Source: Octopus bimaculoides
Lineage: Eukaryota
Direction: 5' to 3'
Length of the DNA: 50,856 nucleotides
Assembly: GCF_001194135.2 (NCBI RefSeq)
Contig: NC_069005.1
Location: 29,402,683 to 29,453,538, forward strand
In this document: in pieces, positions 12,996 to 24,790 of the stretch
How the letters are laid out: each line of letters opens with the position of its first letter
Position numbering within the stretch: the first letter of the stretch is position 1
Made by a program: the position numbers and the translations under genes
Notes under the pieces: generated by a model
The model's database searches: none
Told to the model about the DNA's origin: nothing
What the model saw: the letters and a program-made list of their open reading frames with translations, nothing else

Positions 12996-13649
12996 TGAAA
13001 CTGTGTAAAATAATAAAAAAAAAACTAGGTTATTGTGTAGGGGTGTAAGTATGTGCGCTTGCCTAGAAGGCTGTAGTCATTATTACTATGATTATGTTGC
13101 AACTATATTGTCTATATTTAGTTTATATTTGTGTGTGCGTGTGTGTGTATATACATAGGTGTATGTAATATCTCTCTTTCTCTCTCTCACTATCACTCTC
13201 CCTCTCACTTTCTTTCTCTCTCTCACTTCTCCTCTCTTCCCCCCCCCTCCCACACGCTTCTGCTCCCCTTTTCACTTCCTCTCTCCCTCAGTCTTGCTGT
13301 CAATATATATATATAAATAAATAATTGTATGTATNNNNNNNNNNNNNNNNNNNNNNNNNNNNNNNNNNNNNNNNNNNNNNNNNNNNNNNNNNNNNNNNNN
13401 NNNNNNNNNNNNNNNNNNNNNNNNNNNNNNNNNNNNNNNNNNNNNNNNNNNNNNNNNNNNNNNNNNNNNNNNNNNNNNNNNNNNNNNNNNNNNNNNNNNN
13501 NNNNNNNNNNNNNNNNNNNNNNNNNNNNNNNNNNNNNNNNNNNNNNNNNNNNNNNNNNNNNNNNNNNNNNNNNNNNNNNNNNNNNNNNNNNNNNNNNNNN
13601 NNNNNNNNNNNNNNNNNNNNNNNNNNNNNNNNNNNNNNNNNNNNNNNNN

Positions 13650-13696
<47 letters not shown>

Positions 13697-13972
13697 ATGT
13701 ATATGTATGTATATATATATATATATATATATATAATAGCTTTGTAAACACTAATTTCAGATCGATAGAAATCAGCAAACCCACCAATAGACGGTTCTCA
13801 AATTGATGTTTAGAAACATGTAACATTGAATAAGGCCTTATATCACAGATCTTTATATAATATATAATATAAATATATACATAAAATGTGTGTGTGTGTG
13901 TGTGTATAGAGAGAGAGAGAGAATGAGAAAGAGAGAGAGTGAAAGACACATACAGATACATGCACATGCATG

Positions 13973-14004
<32 letters not shown>

Positions 14005-15596
14005 GGGCATACATGAAGATGGCGGCATTATAAAGCTTCTTACCTGTCTATAGTGAACAATGCCACTCCTTTGAATTAACATACCCTCAAAAATCTTCCT
14101 GTACTCTGTGTGTGTGCATGCACGTGTGTTTGTAAGTGTATGCAAGTGTGTGTGTACGTATGTGTGCTTGTGTGTGTGTGCATGTGCGCGTGTGTATGTG
14201 TGGGTTTGTGTGTGTACGTGTGGGTTTGTGTGCGAGTGAGTGTGTACGTGTTTGTGTGTGAATGTGCGCACGTGTGTTGCATGTATGTGTACGAGTGCAT
14301 GCATGTGTGTATATGTGTATGTTTTGTGTGTGTGTGTGTGTGTGCATGTATATACATGTGTGCATATGTATGTGTCTGTGCATGCATGTGTGTACATGTG
14401 TGTGTATGTGTATGTATGCATGTGTGTGAGTGTGTGCATGTGTGTGTGTACATGCGCACGCATGCACGTGTGTATACATGCCTTTTATCTTTTGTCATTT
14501 ACTTGTTTCCATCACTGGACTTCGCCCATGCTGCAGCACCAGTGGTACATGTTAAAAGCACTGGTGCTGGTATCACATAAAAAGCACCCAGTGCACTCTG
14601 TGGAGTGGTCAGTGTTAGGAAGGGCATCTAACTGTAAAAAAGCATGCCAGAACAGACACTGGAGCCTGGTGCAGCCCTTGATCTTACCAGCTCTGGTCAA
14701 ACTATTCAACCCATGCCAGCAAGGCTCTTGCTATTGCCAACCACTTTACAGAATGTGCTTTTAAGTGGCACTGCACAGCACTTTTATGTGGCACCACAGG
14801 CACTTTTACGTGACACCACACAGGCACTTTTACGTGGAACTGCATGGGTGCTTTTATGTGGCACTTCCACAAGTGCTTTACACCACCAGAGGGACCAATC
14901 TTAACACTTTGAAAAATATAATAGGATTTTTTTCAAACATTGAATGGCTTTGATGGGCCATCCATGTAAAACAGGAATCAAAGGTGTCCCTAGGCAAAAA
15001 AATGGTTGAGAAACACTGCCCTAACCACACACACACATACATGCTTAATATGCATGTGTCCATATCATTGGTTATTCATTGACTTGAGCTTATTGACCTT
15101 ATGGCAAGTCCTGCTTTATGTCTTGCAGGCTATTTAAAATCATTTGCCTCATAAAGCAAGCTTGGTTGGAGTTGTCAGCTTAATTGCCAATGACTCCACC
15201 AAGCAACAGATTGCATGGGGTCACAAGCTACTAGCAGCATTCACAAGTGATATCACACATTGGACTATGAAGTATTATGTATCCTCCCTATATCCCTCTC
15301 TCTGTTTATATGATTGAGAGAATATTTCTCTTCATGTGTATGATGAGAGGAAAGTGTTTCTGTCAATGGTGTTCAATTAAACATTTACATTATCAGGTCA
15401 TTAAGAATGAAATGTCTGACTTTCCCATGCACCAAGTTTGATAGTCATTAATTTGACAGTCATTAACTCTGATATTTTATCCTGGCAGTTCTTTGTTTTA
15501 CAACACCAAAGAGTTACATCATCACTTTTCAAAATGCAATTCATGGTATTTGATTATATTGTGAGTTTTCTCTTGTAAATCAATTTTTGTGAACCC

Positions 15597-16476
15597 ATGG
15601 ATAGAACAAAAATTCGTGTTCTTTATGGACATGAGTTCCATCATGGAATTAATGCATCCCAGACAGCTTGAAACATCGATGAGGTGTTTGGTGAAGATGT
15701 GATGAATGAGTGCTCTGTACATCAATGTTTTGAGAAGTTCCGATCTGGTGACTTTACTCTTGAAGATCAGCCCCATGGTAGACCTGAGACCAAGGTGGGT
15801 AATGATGACCTGGAAACAATAGTGGAAGCAGATACATCTCAAACCATGCGTGAGTTAGCAGCAAGGTTTGATGTTTCGGACCAACTGAAACAAATCAACA
15901 AGGTAAAGAAGCTGGACAAGTGGGTATCACACGAACTGAATGAGCATCAAATGACATGTTGTCTTGAAACTTGCCAATCTTTGCTGTCATGGTATAAAAG
16001 CAAACCATTTTTGCATCATATTGATACATGTGATGAAAAATGGATTCTTTTCAATAATAGTAAGTGTTCTGCATGGTGGTTGGATAGAGACGAAGTGCCA
16101 AAACACAATCCCAAAAAGAATATTCACCGAAAAAAGCTAATGGTGTCTATTTGGTGGTCCAGTGCTAGTGTCATCCATTACAGCTTCGTGAGACCTGGTA
16201 TGTCAATTACAGCAGGTGTATACATCAACCAAATGGATGAAATGAGAGACAACTGAAATTGATCAGTAGAGACAGGTCAATTCTCTTGCAAGACAATGCT
16301 CAACCAGATGTTGCACAAAGAACGCTACCCAAGTTACAGGAACTGAACTTGGAAGTGCTCTGTCATCCGCCGTATTCACCAGATCTTGCACCAACTGGCT
16401 ATCATGTTTTCTAGGCATTAGACAACTTTTTTGCAAGGAAAAAAGCTTCAAATGTGAAGAAGATGCAAAAACAGCC
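15597..16476 (+). pseudogene. Decayed mariner (Hsmar1/cecropia-like) transposase
   Basis: ATG 15597 (MDRTKIRVLYGHEF), in-frame TGA at 15669. Motifs FRSGDFTLEDQPHGRP, KWVSHEL (WVPHEL), DTCDEKW, QDNAQPD and HPPYSPDLAPTG(YH). It has a frameshift near 16256, a further stop and a truncated 3' end. Confidence 0.93.
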
Positions 16477-16550
16477 TTAGTTTAGCTTAATCGGTCAAAG
16501 CATCGTGACACGTAATCACAGGGATGTGAGTTCGAGTCCACAGCTAGCCA
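16476..16550 (+). other. tRNA-derived sequence (Thr-CGT-like pseudogene or SINE head)
   Basis: A box TAGCTTAATCGG, D stem GCTT/AAGC, stem GTGA/TCAC around a 7-nt loop centred on CGT, B box GTTCGAGT, partial acceptor stem. It has a non-canonical A33 and a short T stem. Confidence 0.5.
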
Positions 16551-17164
16551 CCTACACTTTTCTCTGCAAAATAGGGGTAGTTTATCCTGTTCAGGCTATA
16601 TATATACATATATATATATATATACATATTTGTTTTGCAAGATTTTTTATGTGAAATCGTGTGTTGAAACAGATGTTGTTGTACTTGGGGATGGTCATAT
16701 TGCCAGTTTAGCCAATAAAAACACACGCACTGTATATTTGGTGTTANNNNNNNNNNNNNNNNNNNNNNNNNNNNNNNNNNNNNNNNNNNNNNNNNNNNNN
16801 NNNNNNNNNNNNNNNNNNNNNNNNNNNNNNNNNNNNNNNNNNNNNNNNNNNNNNNNNNNNNNNNNNNNNNNNNNNNNNNNNNNNNNNNNNNNNNNNNNNN
16901 NNNNNNNNNNNNNNNNNNNNNNNNNNNNNNNNNNNNNNNNNNNNNNNNNNNNNNNNNNNNNNNNNNNNNNNNNNNNNNNNNNNNNNNNNNNNNNNNNNNN
17001 NNNNNNNNNNNNNNNNNNNNNNNNNNNNNNNNNNNNNNNNNNNNNNNNNNNNNNNNNNNNNNNNNNNNNNNNNNNNNNNNNNNNNNNNNNNNNNNNNNNN
17101 NNNNNGCGTATATTAAACGTTTGCTTGTGCGTGCGTATGTGTGTGTGCGTACGTGTGCGTGCTC

Positions 17165-17199
<35 letters not shown>

Positions 17200-17424
17200 C
17201 TCATCCTTTTCCTTTCTTCGAAGGAGGGAGGGTCCTTAAACAAAAACGTCAGAGCACATTTCGCTTCACAACAAACTAACTTATATCCAAATTTTGCGAC
17301 TATCTTATTAATTTCTTTTTTGCCGATACCGTCCATATTTAGTTTCCACAAATCCCACATATATGTGTGCGTATGTCTCTCTCCCTCCCTCTCTCTCTCT
17401 CTCTTTTGCTTTCACAACGTCTGT

Positions 17425-17466
<42 letters not shown>

Positions 17467-19192
17467 GAAGTTTATATTCTTTGAAATTTTTCTTTCTTCG
17501 GTGCCACAGATTTGGTGATTCAGGAGACAGGGACTAAGCATCCATCTATTAGAAAAGTCAACAACAACAACAACGAAGATGACAGTGGACAAAACGATTG
17601 ACCCAATTACAACTGCCGTCTTGTACCGTCTCAGAAACACTACACCACTGTGTGCTTGAGTTTATGTGCCACTCTGTCTGTGTGTTTACGTGTTAACATT
17701 GTGTGTGTGTGTTTATTCTTTCGGTTTCTTTCTCTCTAAGTCTATCGATCTTTCGTTCTTTTGTTTTAAGTTTCTATCTAATTCTATCAGTCTCTTTCAC
17801 TAAATTTCTCTCTCTCTCTCTGTACACAAACACACACACGTCTAACTCTTCGTATCTCTAACACTAACACACATACACACTCTCTCTCTCTCTCTCTCTT
17901 TCTACACACACACATGTATATGTCTCTAAGTCTCTGTCGCTTTCTTACACACACACACTCTCTCTATATATATATGTCTCTTACTCCCGTCTCTCTCTCT
18001 CTGTCTCTTTCTTTTACATACACGTGCGTGCGCATTGTGTGCGTGTATATATTTTACTTGCCGCTATGTATGGTTGGACGTTGTTTAACCCCGAGTCAGC
18101 TCTGATCGAGCATTTCAGCAATGAGCATACGTTATTTAACTCCATGGCCACAATTAGCGAATGCACCTACAATCATTTACGTTCCTTCTACGACCATCCC
18201 GTCCGCTAATTAGTGTATTTAAGACTACCTTATTGTTCCAAGGTGTCCTTTATCTTTTGTAAAGACAGAACGGTGTAATTTAAGAGAGATTTGACTGCTG
18301 TTTCTCGCAGGCATCTTTTCCCCAGGTACAGCGCGTCCACGATTACATAATCCAAAGCAGATTCTGATTTGAGTGATTTGGCTGCTATTTCTAGTAATTA
18401 GAGGAACTGGTTAGATGCTCGTCGATTGAGTAGCCTTTTGATCAAAGTCGTTCCAGTCATCACGTGTTTTTTTGTTTGTTTGTTTTTTTCGGGCGAAGTA
18501 TACCCCGGAATACATTATCCAATGTGTTCCTTCTCTCAGGATGTAATTTCTGCAATATTTGGCTGCTATTTCTTGCAGTGTTCCATCGTAGAAATACGCA
18601 TGTATGAATTTGTATGTGTGTGTGTATATGTGTTCGCGTTTTCGCATTTTCCCTGTTATTCCTTTTCCTTCTCTCTCTTTCTCTATTTCTCCCGCTGTGA
18701 CTTTTACTCTCTCTCTCTCTCTTCTGTCTGTCTTGTACCCTTTCTCTCTCATTCACGCACACGTTTACAAACATGTGTCTTACAAATGAAGCTAGTGCCT
18801 GCCTATGTAAGATGGTGTTTAGCCCCAGGTCAGCCCTGGTCGTGTGGAGACCTGTGATCCAAGACGTTCCAGCTGTGATCATATCGTCTGTTTCCTTCTT
18901 GCAGGCATAACTCCAATTACCTAATACGTCCTTCCTTTTTACGAAGATGGATAGGTGTGCTATGCAGGGATTTGGCTACGATTTCCAACAGCCCCAAAGA
19001 CCACTTTGAGGAACTGTCGATGGCTCACCTATTTCTGTTTAGCCACACACACCTGTATATAGGAGAATACTTGTTTTCTATGTATATAGATATACATACA
19101 TATATGTATGTGTATGTATGTAAGCCGTCTTATATTCACATACACACATATAGTGCTTGTTATATATTATACACATACATTTGTGGGCAAAA

Positions 19193-19284
19193 GTAAAGAA
19201 TACGTACACCGTGGGTTTAGGGTTTAGGTTTAGGATTAGGGTTTTTGTTACGCCGAAAACGGGTGGTGTACGTATTCTTTACCT
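19193..19284. repeat. Short inverted-repeat element enclosing degenerate TTAGGG units
   Basis: AAAGAATACGTACACC (19195-19210) is perfectly inverted at 19265-19280. TTTAGGGTTTAGGTTTAGGATTAGGG lies inside. Confidence 0.7.
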
Positions 19285-19545
19285 CCGCCTATTTGTGTTT
19301 TTTTTTTTGTGTTTCTATATAAGTATCGATCTATCTATCTATATATATGTATCTGGTGTGTTTACGTCCCCGTAACTTAGCGGGTCAGCCTAAGCGACCG
19401 ATAGAATAGGTACCAGGCTTTGCAAGAATAAATCCTGGGGTCGATTTCTGCGACTAAAACCCTATAAGGCGGTGCTCCAGCATGACAGCAGTCAAATGAC
19501 TGAAACAAGCAAAAACAAACATACACAACTGTGTAGTCACACGGT

Positions 19546-19581
<36 letters not shown>

Positions 19582-19586
19582 CATAC

Positions 19587-19623
<37 letters not shown>

Positions 19624-19625
19624 TT

Positions 19626-19657
<32 letters not shown>

Positions 19658-20202
19658 CATAATACATACATACATACACATATTCAGCCATGCTTTGCAT
19701 GTAACTGACGTGTGTGTGAGTGTATGTGTTTCCGTATATGAACGTACATATGTCTTACCTTTGCATAAATCAGCAAATGTACGTTGCCATATCTATTAAA
19801 CTGAACCAATCTGCAGCACATAAGCAGCTTGAATATCCCTCCTCTAAGAAAGTGGGAAGCGTTTTGGATATACAAAGTGCGTGCGAGATAAATGTCTCCT
19901 TTTATCTGTAATAGATCCGCTCCAAGCATTATTGTATACACACAAAGAGTATATACATATAAATATGTATATAATATTCACAATGGCCCGTGACTAACAA
20001 GGTCACACACACGTTCATTGGACACACACACACAAATAAATATATACATAGATACACATCAGTTCCAGACGATTTTAATGTATGTTGTATATTAATTCGT
20101 TCGGGAAACCTGGGAATGCGCACACGCGTAGAATACTTGCACGCTGAATGTACGTATCTACACATTCTGTGTGAGTGTGTGTACGTGCGTGCGTGTATAT
20201 AA

Positions 20203-20233
<31 letters not shown>

Positions 20234-20999
20234 CGAAAAGTCGTGATGAGTATATAAACAAAAAAACACATATAGAAAGATATGTACACATATGTATCTA
20301 TATAAGTGAATATATACATATGTATATACGTGTGTGTNNNNNNNNNNNNNNNNNNNNNNNNNNNNNNNNNNNNNNNNNNNNNNNNNNNNNNNNNNNNNNN
20401 NNNNNNNNNNNNNNNNNNNNNNNNNNNNNNNNNNNNNNNNNNNNNNNNNNNNNNNNNNNNNNNNNNNNNNNNNNNNNNNNNNNNNNNNNNNNNNNNNNNN
20501 NNNNNNNNNNNNNNNNNNNNNNNNNNNNNNNNNNNNNNNNNNNNNNNNNNNNNNNNNNNNNNNNNNNNNNNNNNNNNNNNNNNNNNNNNNNNNNNNNNNN
20601 NNNNNNNNNNNNNNNNNNNNNNNNNNNNNNNNNNNNNNNNNNNNNNNNNNNNNNNNNNNNNNNNNNNNNNNNNNNNNNNNNNNNNNNNNNNNNNNNNNNN
20701 NNNNNNNNNNNNNNNNNNNNNNNNNNNNNNNNNNNNNNNNNNNNNNNNNNNNNNNNNNNNNNNNNNNNNNNNNNNNNNNNNNNNNNNNNNNNNNNNNNNN
20801 NNNNNNNNNNNNNNNNNNNNNNNNNNNNNNNNNNNNNNNNNNNNNNNNNNNNNNNNNNNNNNNNNNNNNNNNNNNNNNNNNNNNNNNNNNNNNNNNNNNN
20901 NNNNNNNNNNNNNNNNNNNNNNNNNNNNNCCTTCGCACCCATCACAATGAAGAGACTCAATCACTCGGTACAGATTGGATATGAGTTAATGCTGTCACC

Positions 21000-21370
21000 A
21001 CTCCTTGATTCAGTCGTGACTGCAGCCATGCTGGAGCCCCACCTTTTGGTCAAACAACTCAACCCCAGGACTCATTTTTTAAAGCCTGGTACTTATTCTA
21101 TCGGTCTCTTTTGCCAAACAGCTAAGTTACAGGGACATAAACACACCAACACCAGTTGTCAAGCAGTGATGGGCGGACAAACACAGACACAAACAGATAT
21201 ATACATATATATATAGACAGGCTTCTTTCAGTTTCCATCTCTCAAATTAACACACGGCTTTGATCGGCCCAAGGCTATAGTGGAAGACACTTGTCCAAGA
21301 GGTCACGCAGTGGGACTGAACCCAACCAGAACCATGAGGTTGGGAAGCAAACTTCTTACCACACAGCCAC
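21000..21370 (-). mobile_element. tRNA-derived SINE (CORE-like head, internal microsatellite, distinct tail), near-complete copy
   Basis: The minus strand reads GGCTGTGTGGTAAGAAGTTTGCTTCCC...GGTTCAGTCCCACTG...CTTGGACAAGTGTCTTC, then TA/TG repeats, then GTTTGTCC...TTGACAAC...GTGTTTA...AAGAGACCGATAGAATAAGTACC. Other pieces lie at about 9130-9255, 9478-9615, 9620-10010, 12307-12550, 19355-19515, 26065-26221, 27385-27640, 29975-30215, 32825-33060, 35047-35200, 36015-36158 and 41424-41640. Confidence 0.8.
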
Positions 21371-21469
21371 GCTTTGTTATTTAAACCTTGGGTATACACC
21401 TTGTAGCAGAATATTCTTTTTCTTTTGTTTTTTTGTGTTTTATTTATGATCAACTAAATGTAGACTCAC

Positions 21470-21665
21470 TTATTGTATATAGAAAATAATAAGTACCCAT
21501 CCCGTGTCTTTCCAAATCATGGAACCTATCGGCAACCGGCCACAGGCAAATAACGACATGCATTATAACAGAACCAAATGTAACTGAATTTATTGAGTGA
21601 GGTACCTTTTGAAAAGTGACCTGATGAGACACATCTGCACTGCAACCAGTTGTACAGTATCTCAC
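21470..21665 (-). other. Orphan exon-like segment, 196 nt
   Basis: Acceptor ggtcttttgcag and donor A|gtgagt. Open in phase 0 (VRYCTTGCSADVSHQ...YYFLYTI). No family recognised. Confidence 0.3.
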
Positions 21666-22206
21666 CTGCAAAAGACCAATGCAAGATAGGTCAAAATGAT
21701 CATTGTGATTAATAAAGAATCTTGGGGGGAATTCCATTTTCTGTTTCTTCCATATGTTATATGTACACACACACAAACATGTATATATATATCATCATCA
21801 TCATCATCATTTAACGTCTGTTTTCCTTGCTGGCATGGGTTGGATGGTTTTACTGAGGTCTGGAGAGCCAGCGGCTGCACCAGGCTCCAATCTAGGCTGG
21901 CAATGTTTCTCCAGCTGGATGCCCTTCCAGATGCTAACCACTCCGAAAGTGTAGTGGGTGCTTTTTACATGCCATTGGCATGGGGGCCAGTCAGGTGGTC
22001 CTGGCATTGATCATCTTCAGATAGTGCTTTTTACGTGTCACTGGCATGGGAGCCAATTAGGGGATACTGGTATCAGCTATGTTCGGATGGTGCTTTTTAC
22101 TTGCCACCGGCACAGGAACTAGTCAGTGGGTGCTGGCATCGGTCACGTTCGGATGGTGTGTATTATGTCCCACTGGCATGGGGGCCAGTCAAGTGGACCT
22201 ATATCC

Positions 22207-22241
<35 letters not shown>

Positions 22242-22242
<1 letters not shown>

Positions 22243-22625
22243 GTGAGGGGGTGCTGAGAAGTTCCTGGCATTAAGGGTATTGTGAAAGGCCTTTTGGAGG
22301 ACCAATTGTCTGAGTGCTTTTACGTGCCGCTGGCACAGGTATTATTTGCATGAAACTGATACCTGTCACGACTGCAATTTCACTCTGCTTGATGGGTCTT
22401 CTTCTCAAGCACAACATAATACCAAAGGTCTTGGTCATTGCCTCCGTGAGGCCCAACACTCAAAAGGAACTCAGCCACCTTGCCTTCGTGAGGCCCACTC
22501 AAAAGGAACTCAGCTACCTCACCTCTGTGAGGCCCAACATTCAAAAGGAACTCAGCCACTATGCCTCCAATCCTCCTGTATTTTCTTTTACCTGTAAGCC
22601 AGGAACTTTTTAGCACCCCCTTGTA
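22242..22625. mobile_element. Mariner-derived MITE with about 30-bp TIRs, carrying nested SINE-like sequence
   Basis: Left GAGGGGGTGCTGAGAAGTTCCTGGC is inverted to right GCCAGGAACTTTTTAGCACCCCCTTG+TA. A related end occurs at about 48538-48600. Confidence 0.7.
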
Positions 22626-23029
22626 TATATGTATATACCTGTTTAGTGTTGATTGTAGGAAGAGTAATCAATACCATAGTAGAAATTAATGTTTATTTTG
22701 GTTGAGTTAGTCTCTTGCTACTCTGATTTTCACCTATGAGGCACAGGGTTTTCAGGTAAGTTACAATTCCTCAATTGTTAACTTGCCTGAAGAAAACTTA
22801 AGCCATTCCTGGCTTGTTTATCATTGATATTTCTTCAGGAGAATAAAAGGCATCTATCTCCAGATGTACACTGTCATATGAAAATCTGGGGTTACATAGA
22901 ATTCATTTATGGAATTGGTCCTTGATACTGAAAATTTCTTCCTTCTGTTAAATATTCCAGTGAAAACAATAAGTTTGAGTCAAACTTATTGCCTCATAAG
23001 TGAAAATCAGAGTAGCAAGAGACTAACTT

Positions 23030-23330
23030 TGCCAGCATAAAATTGCACAAAACTTTGGGATTCCTCTTGTCACAGTCAAAAGAGTGATTGCACAATTCAC
23101 CAGTAAAGGCAAGAAGTTAACAATCTCCTGCACAGGTTGACCTGAGGCCTTCTGTCTAATGTCTTTGGGAGTCTTCTGATTGGTGTCTTTGGGGCTGTTG
23201 AGTGGATTGTCGAAAATTATCCTCACTGTAAGGCAGTTGGTGTTGCAGAACAACTCCAAATGAGTTGGAGTATCTCTGTGAGGTTATCTCCACTAAGTTG
23301 GCTACTACGGTAGAGCAGCCTGAAGGAAAG
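23030..23330 (+). mobile_element. Tc1-like transposase N-terminal relic
   Basis: [34 protein letters not shown], then after a frameshift IVENYPHCKAVGVAEQLQMSWSISV. This resembles the Tc1 paired-like HTH, the GRP linker and the second HTH. Confidence 0.5.
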
Positions 23331-23637
23331 CTCTTCTTCGACCAGCAAATAACCAAAGAAGAAAACGAAGAATAAATATTTCAAAAACGATGGTGTCTAT
23401 TTAGTTTTGAGGTGTCTGTATTTATATATATATATATACACGCTCTGCCATGTCTTCAGAGATAATACAAAAGAACAAAGCACCAAACCAATATTTCCAG
23501 AATTGTGAAAAAATATAAATTTTTTTTTCAATAAATTCCATTTTTGACAAACAGTAAATATTACAATATTTGGTTAAAAGTCTTTGTCTCATGTCTCTTA
23601 GATAAATGTTTTAGTGCAGAATTATGGGTGAGCAGAT

Positions 23638-23675
<38 letters not shown>

Positions 23676-23937
23676 AGGTGAGTGCTTGGAAGTAAGTATA
23701 TGTGTATATACGTGAAAGAGAAAGTGTATGTATGTATGCTTGTGTGTTTATATGCAATAGCATGAGAATCTGTATGTATGCATGTGCAACATGTTTTGTA
23801 TATGTATGCATGTGCAACATGTTTTGTATATGTATGCGTGTATAATGTATGTATGCATGTGCCTGTGTATATGTATATGTTTTGTGTATGTATGGCTTTT
23901 GGGTGTTTGTATGCATGTCTATAATGTGAAACAGCCA

Positions 23938-24385
23938 TACCCCTCTGGCATTCAGATGACCCTGTCAAATGTTGTACTTATTTATTCACATTGTTTTGTA
24001 TTAATCATGTATTATCTTGCAGCTTTGAAATTTAGATGGTGTAATTATTGATATTTTAGAATGACATTGTAGGGTAGATATGATAGGCTAGATCTAGCCA
24101 ATTTGAACATATAACAAGGAAAATATTTGGGCCAGATATGGCTGGTTTTAAATGCTAAAAGGGTTAACCCCTTAGCATTTAAACCAACCAGATTCAGTCC
24201 AAATATTTTACCTGCCTTATGTTTAACCCTTCAGCATTCAGATTACTCTCTCAAATGCAAAACTTACTTATTTTTTTACAATGGCATTGTAGGGTAGGTG
24301 TGATAGGCTGCATCCGACCAGTTTGAACATAAAACAATTAGAATATTTTGGCCAGATATGGCTGGTCTAAATGGTAAAGTGTTAA
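23938..24385. mobile_element. Cluster of TTAA-flanked MITE copies with CCC...GGG termini (piggyBac-type ends)
   Basis: AAAGGGTTAA and TTAACCCTT junctions at 24164-24167 and about 24223. The same family occurs at about 8150-8260, 34620-34800 and 42220-42585. Confidence 0.65.
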
Positions 24386-24667
24386 AATTTGGAAACAGGT
24401 ATTTTTGTGTGTTATGTGTGTATGGATGTTTTTCGAGCCTAAATATGTAAGAGTGATTGTGGTTTAAAGAATGTTGATGTGTGTGATGTGGTCCTTTTAT
24501 GATAGAGAGAGAGAGAGAGAGAGACAGACAGAGAGATCAAAACATGGCTTAAGGATTATCCATTTGAAACATTTGTTGAAGAAATGCTTGATAGGTGTAG
24601 GTGACAGCCTCTGTAGTTGGAATGGTGGTGGTGCCGTTGCTGCTGCTGCTGCTTGTTGGGGGTTCAA

Positions 24668-24790
24668 TCATCTGGGCATGTTGATACCAGGTAAGACATC
24701 TACCAGAGTGTTGATGAGCATATATCGTGAGAACATGAGATAGGCAATGCGATACCAGGTGATTTGTGACGAGTGGGCACACATGGCACG
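24668..24790 (-). CDS. PIGL: PIGL exon 7, terminal (RAMCAHSSQITWYRIAYLMFSRYMLINTLVDVLPGINMPR*)
   Basis: Acceptor gtctttgcag, TGA at 24668-24670. Confidence 0.94.
   Translation of the reverse strand, partial: RAMCAHSSQITWYRIAYLMFSRYMLINTLVDVLPGINMPR

Noticed and set aside
12781-13048. D/G/S/N-rich and M/V-rich ORFs
   Set aside because: Mosaic trinucleotide repeats open in several frames, with no splice or homology support.
15684-16256. 190-aa ORF as an intact or domesticated transposase
   Set aside because: Upstream in-frame stop, internal deletion, frameshift and loss of the third catalytic Asp.
17509-17600. Possible + strand terminal exon (LVIQETGTKHPSIRKVNNNNNEDDSGQND*)
   Set aside because: Plausible acceptor only. 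It has a microsatellite-derived poly-N, no partner exons and no recognisable homology.
19215-19241. Interstitial telomere or chromosome-fusion scar (also 30616-30697)
   Set aside because: Units are few, degenerate and confined within inverted-repeat elements, one with a TSD, so a transposon origin fits better.
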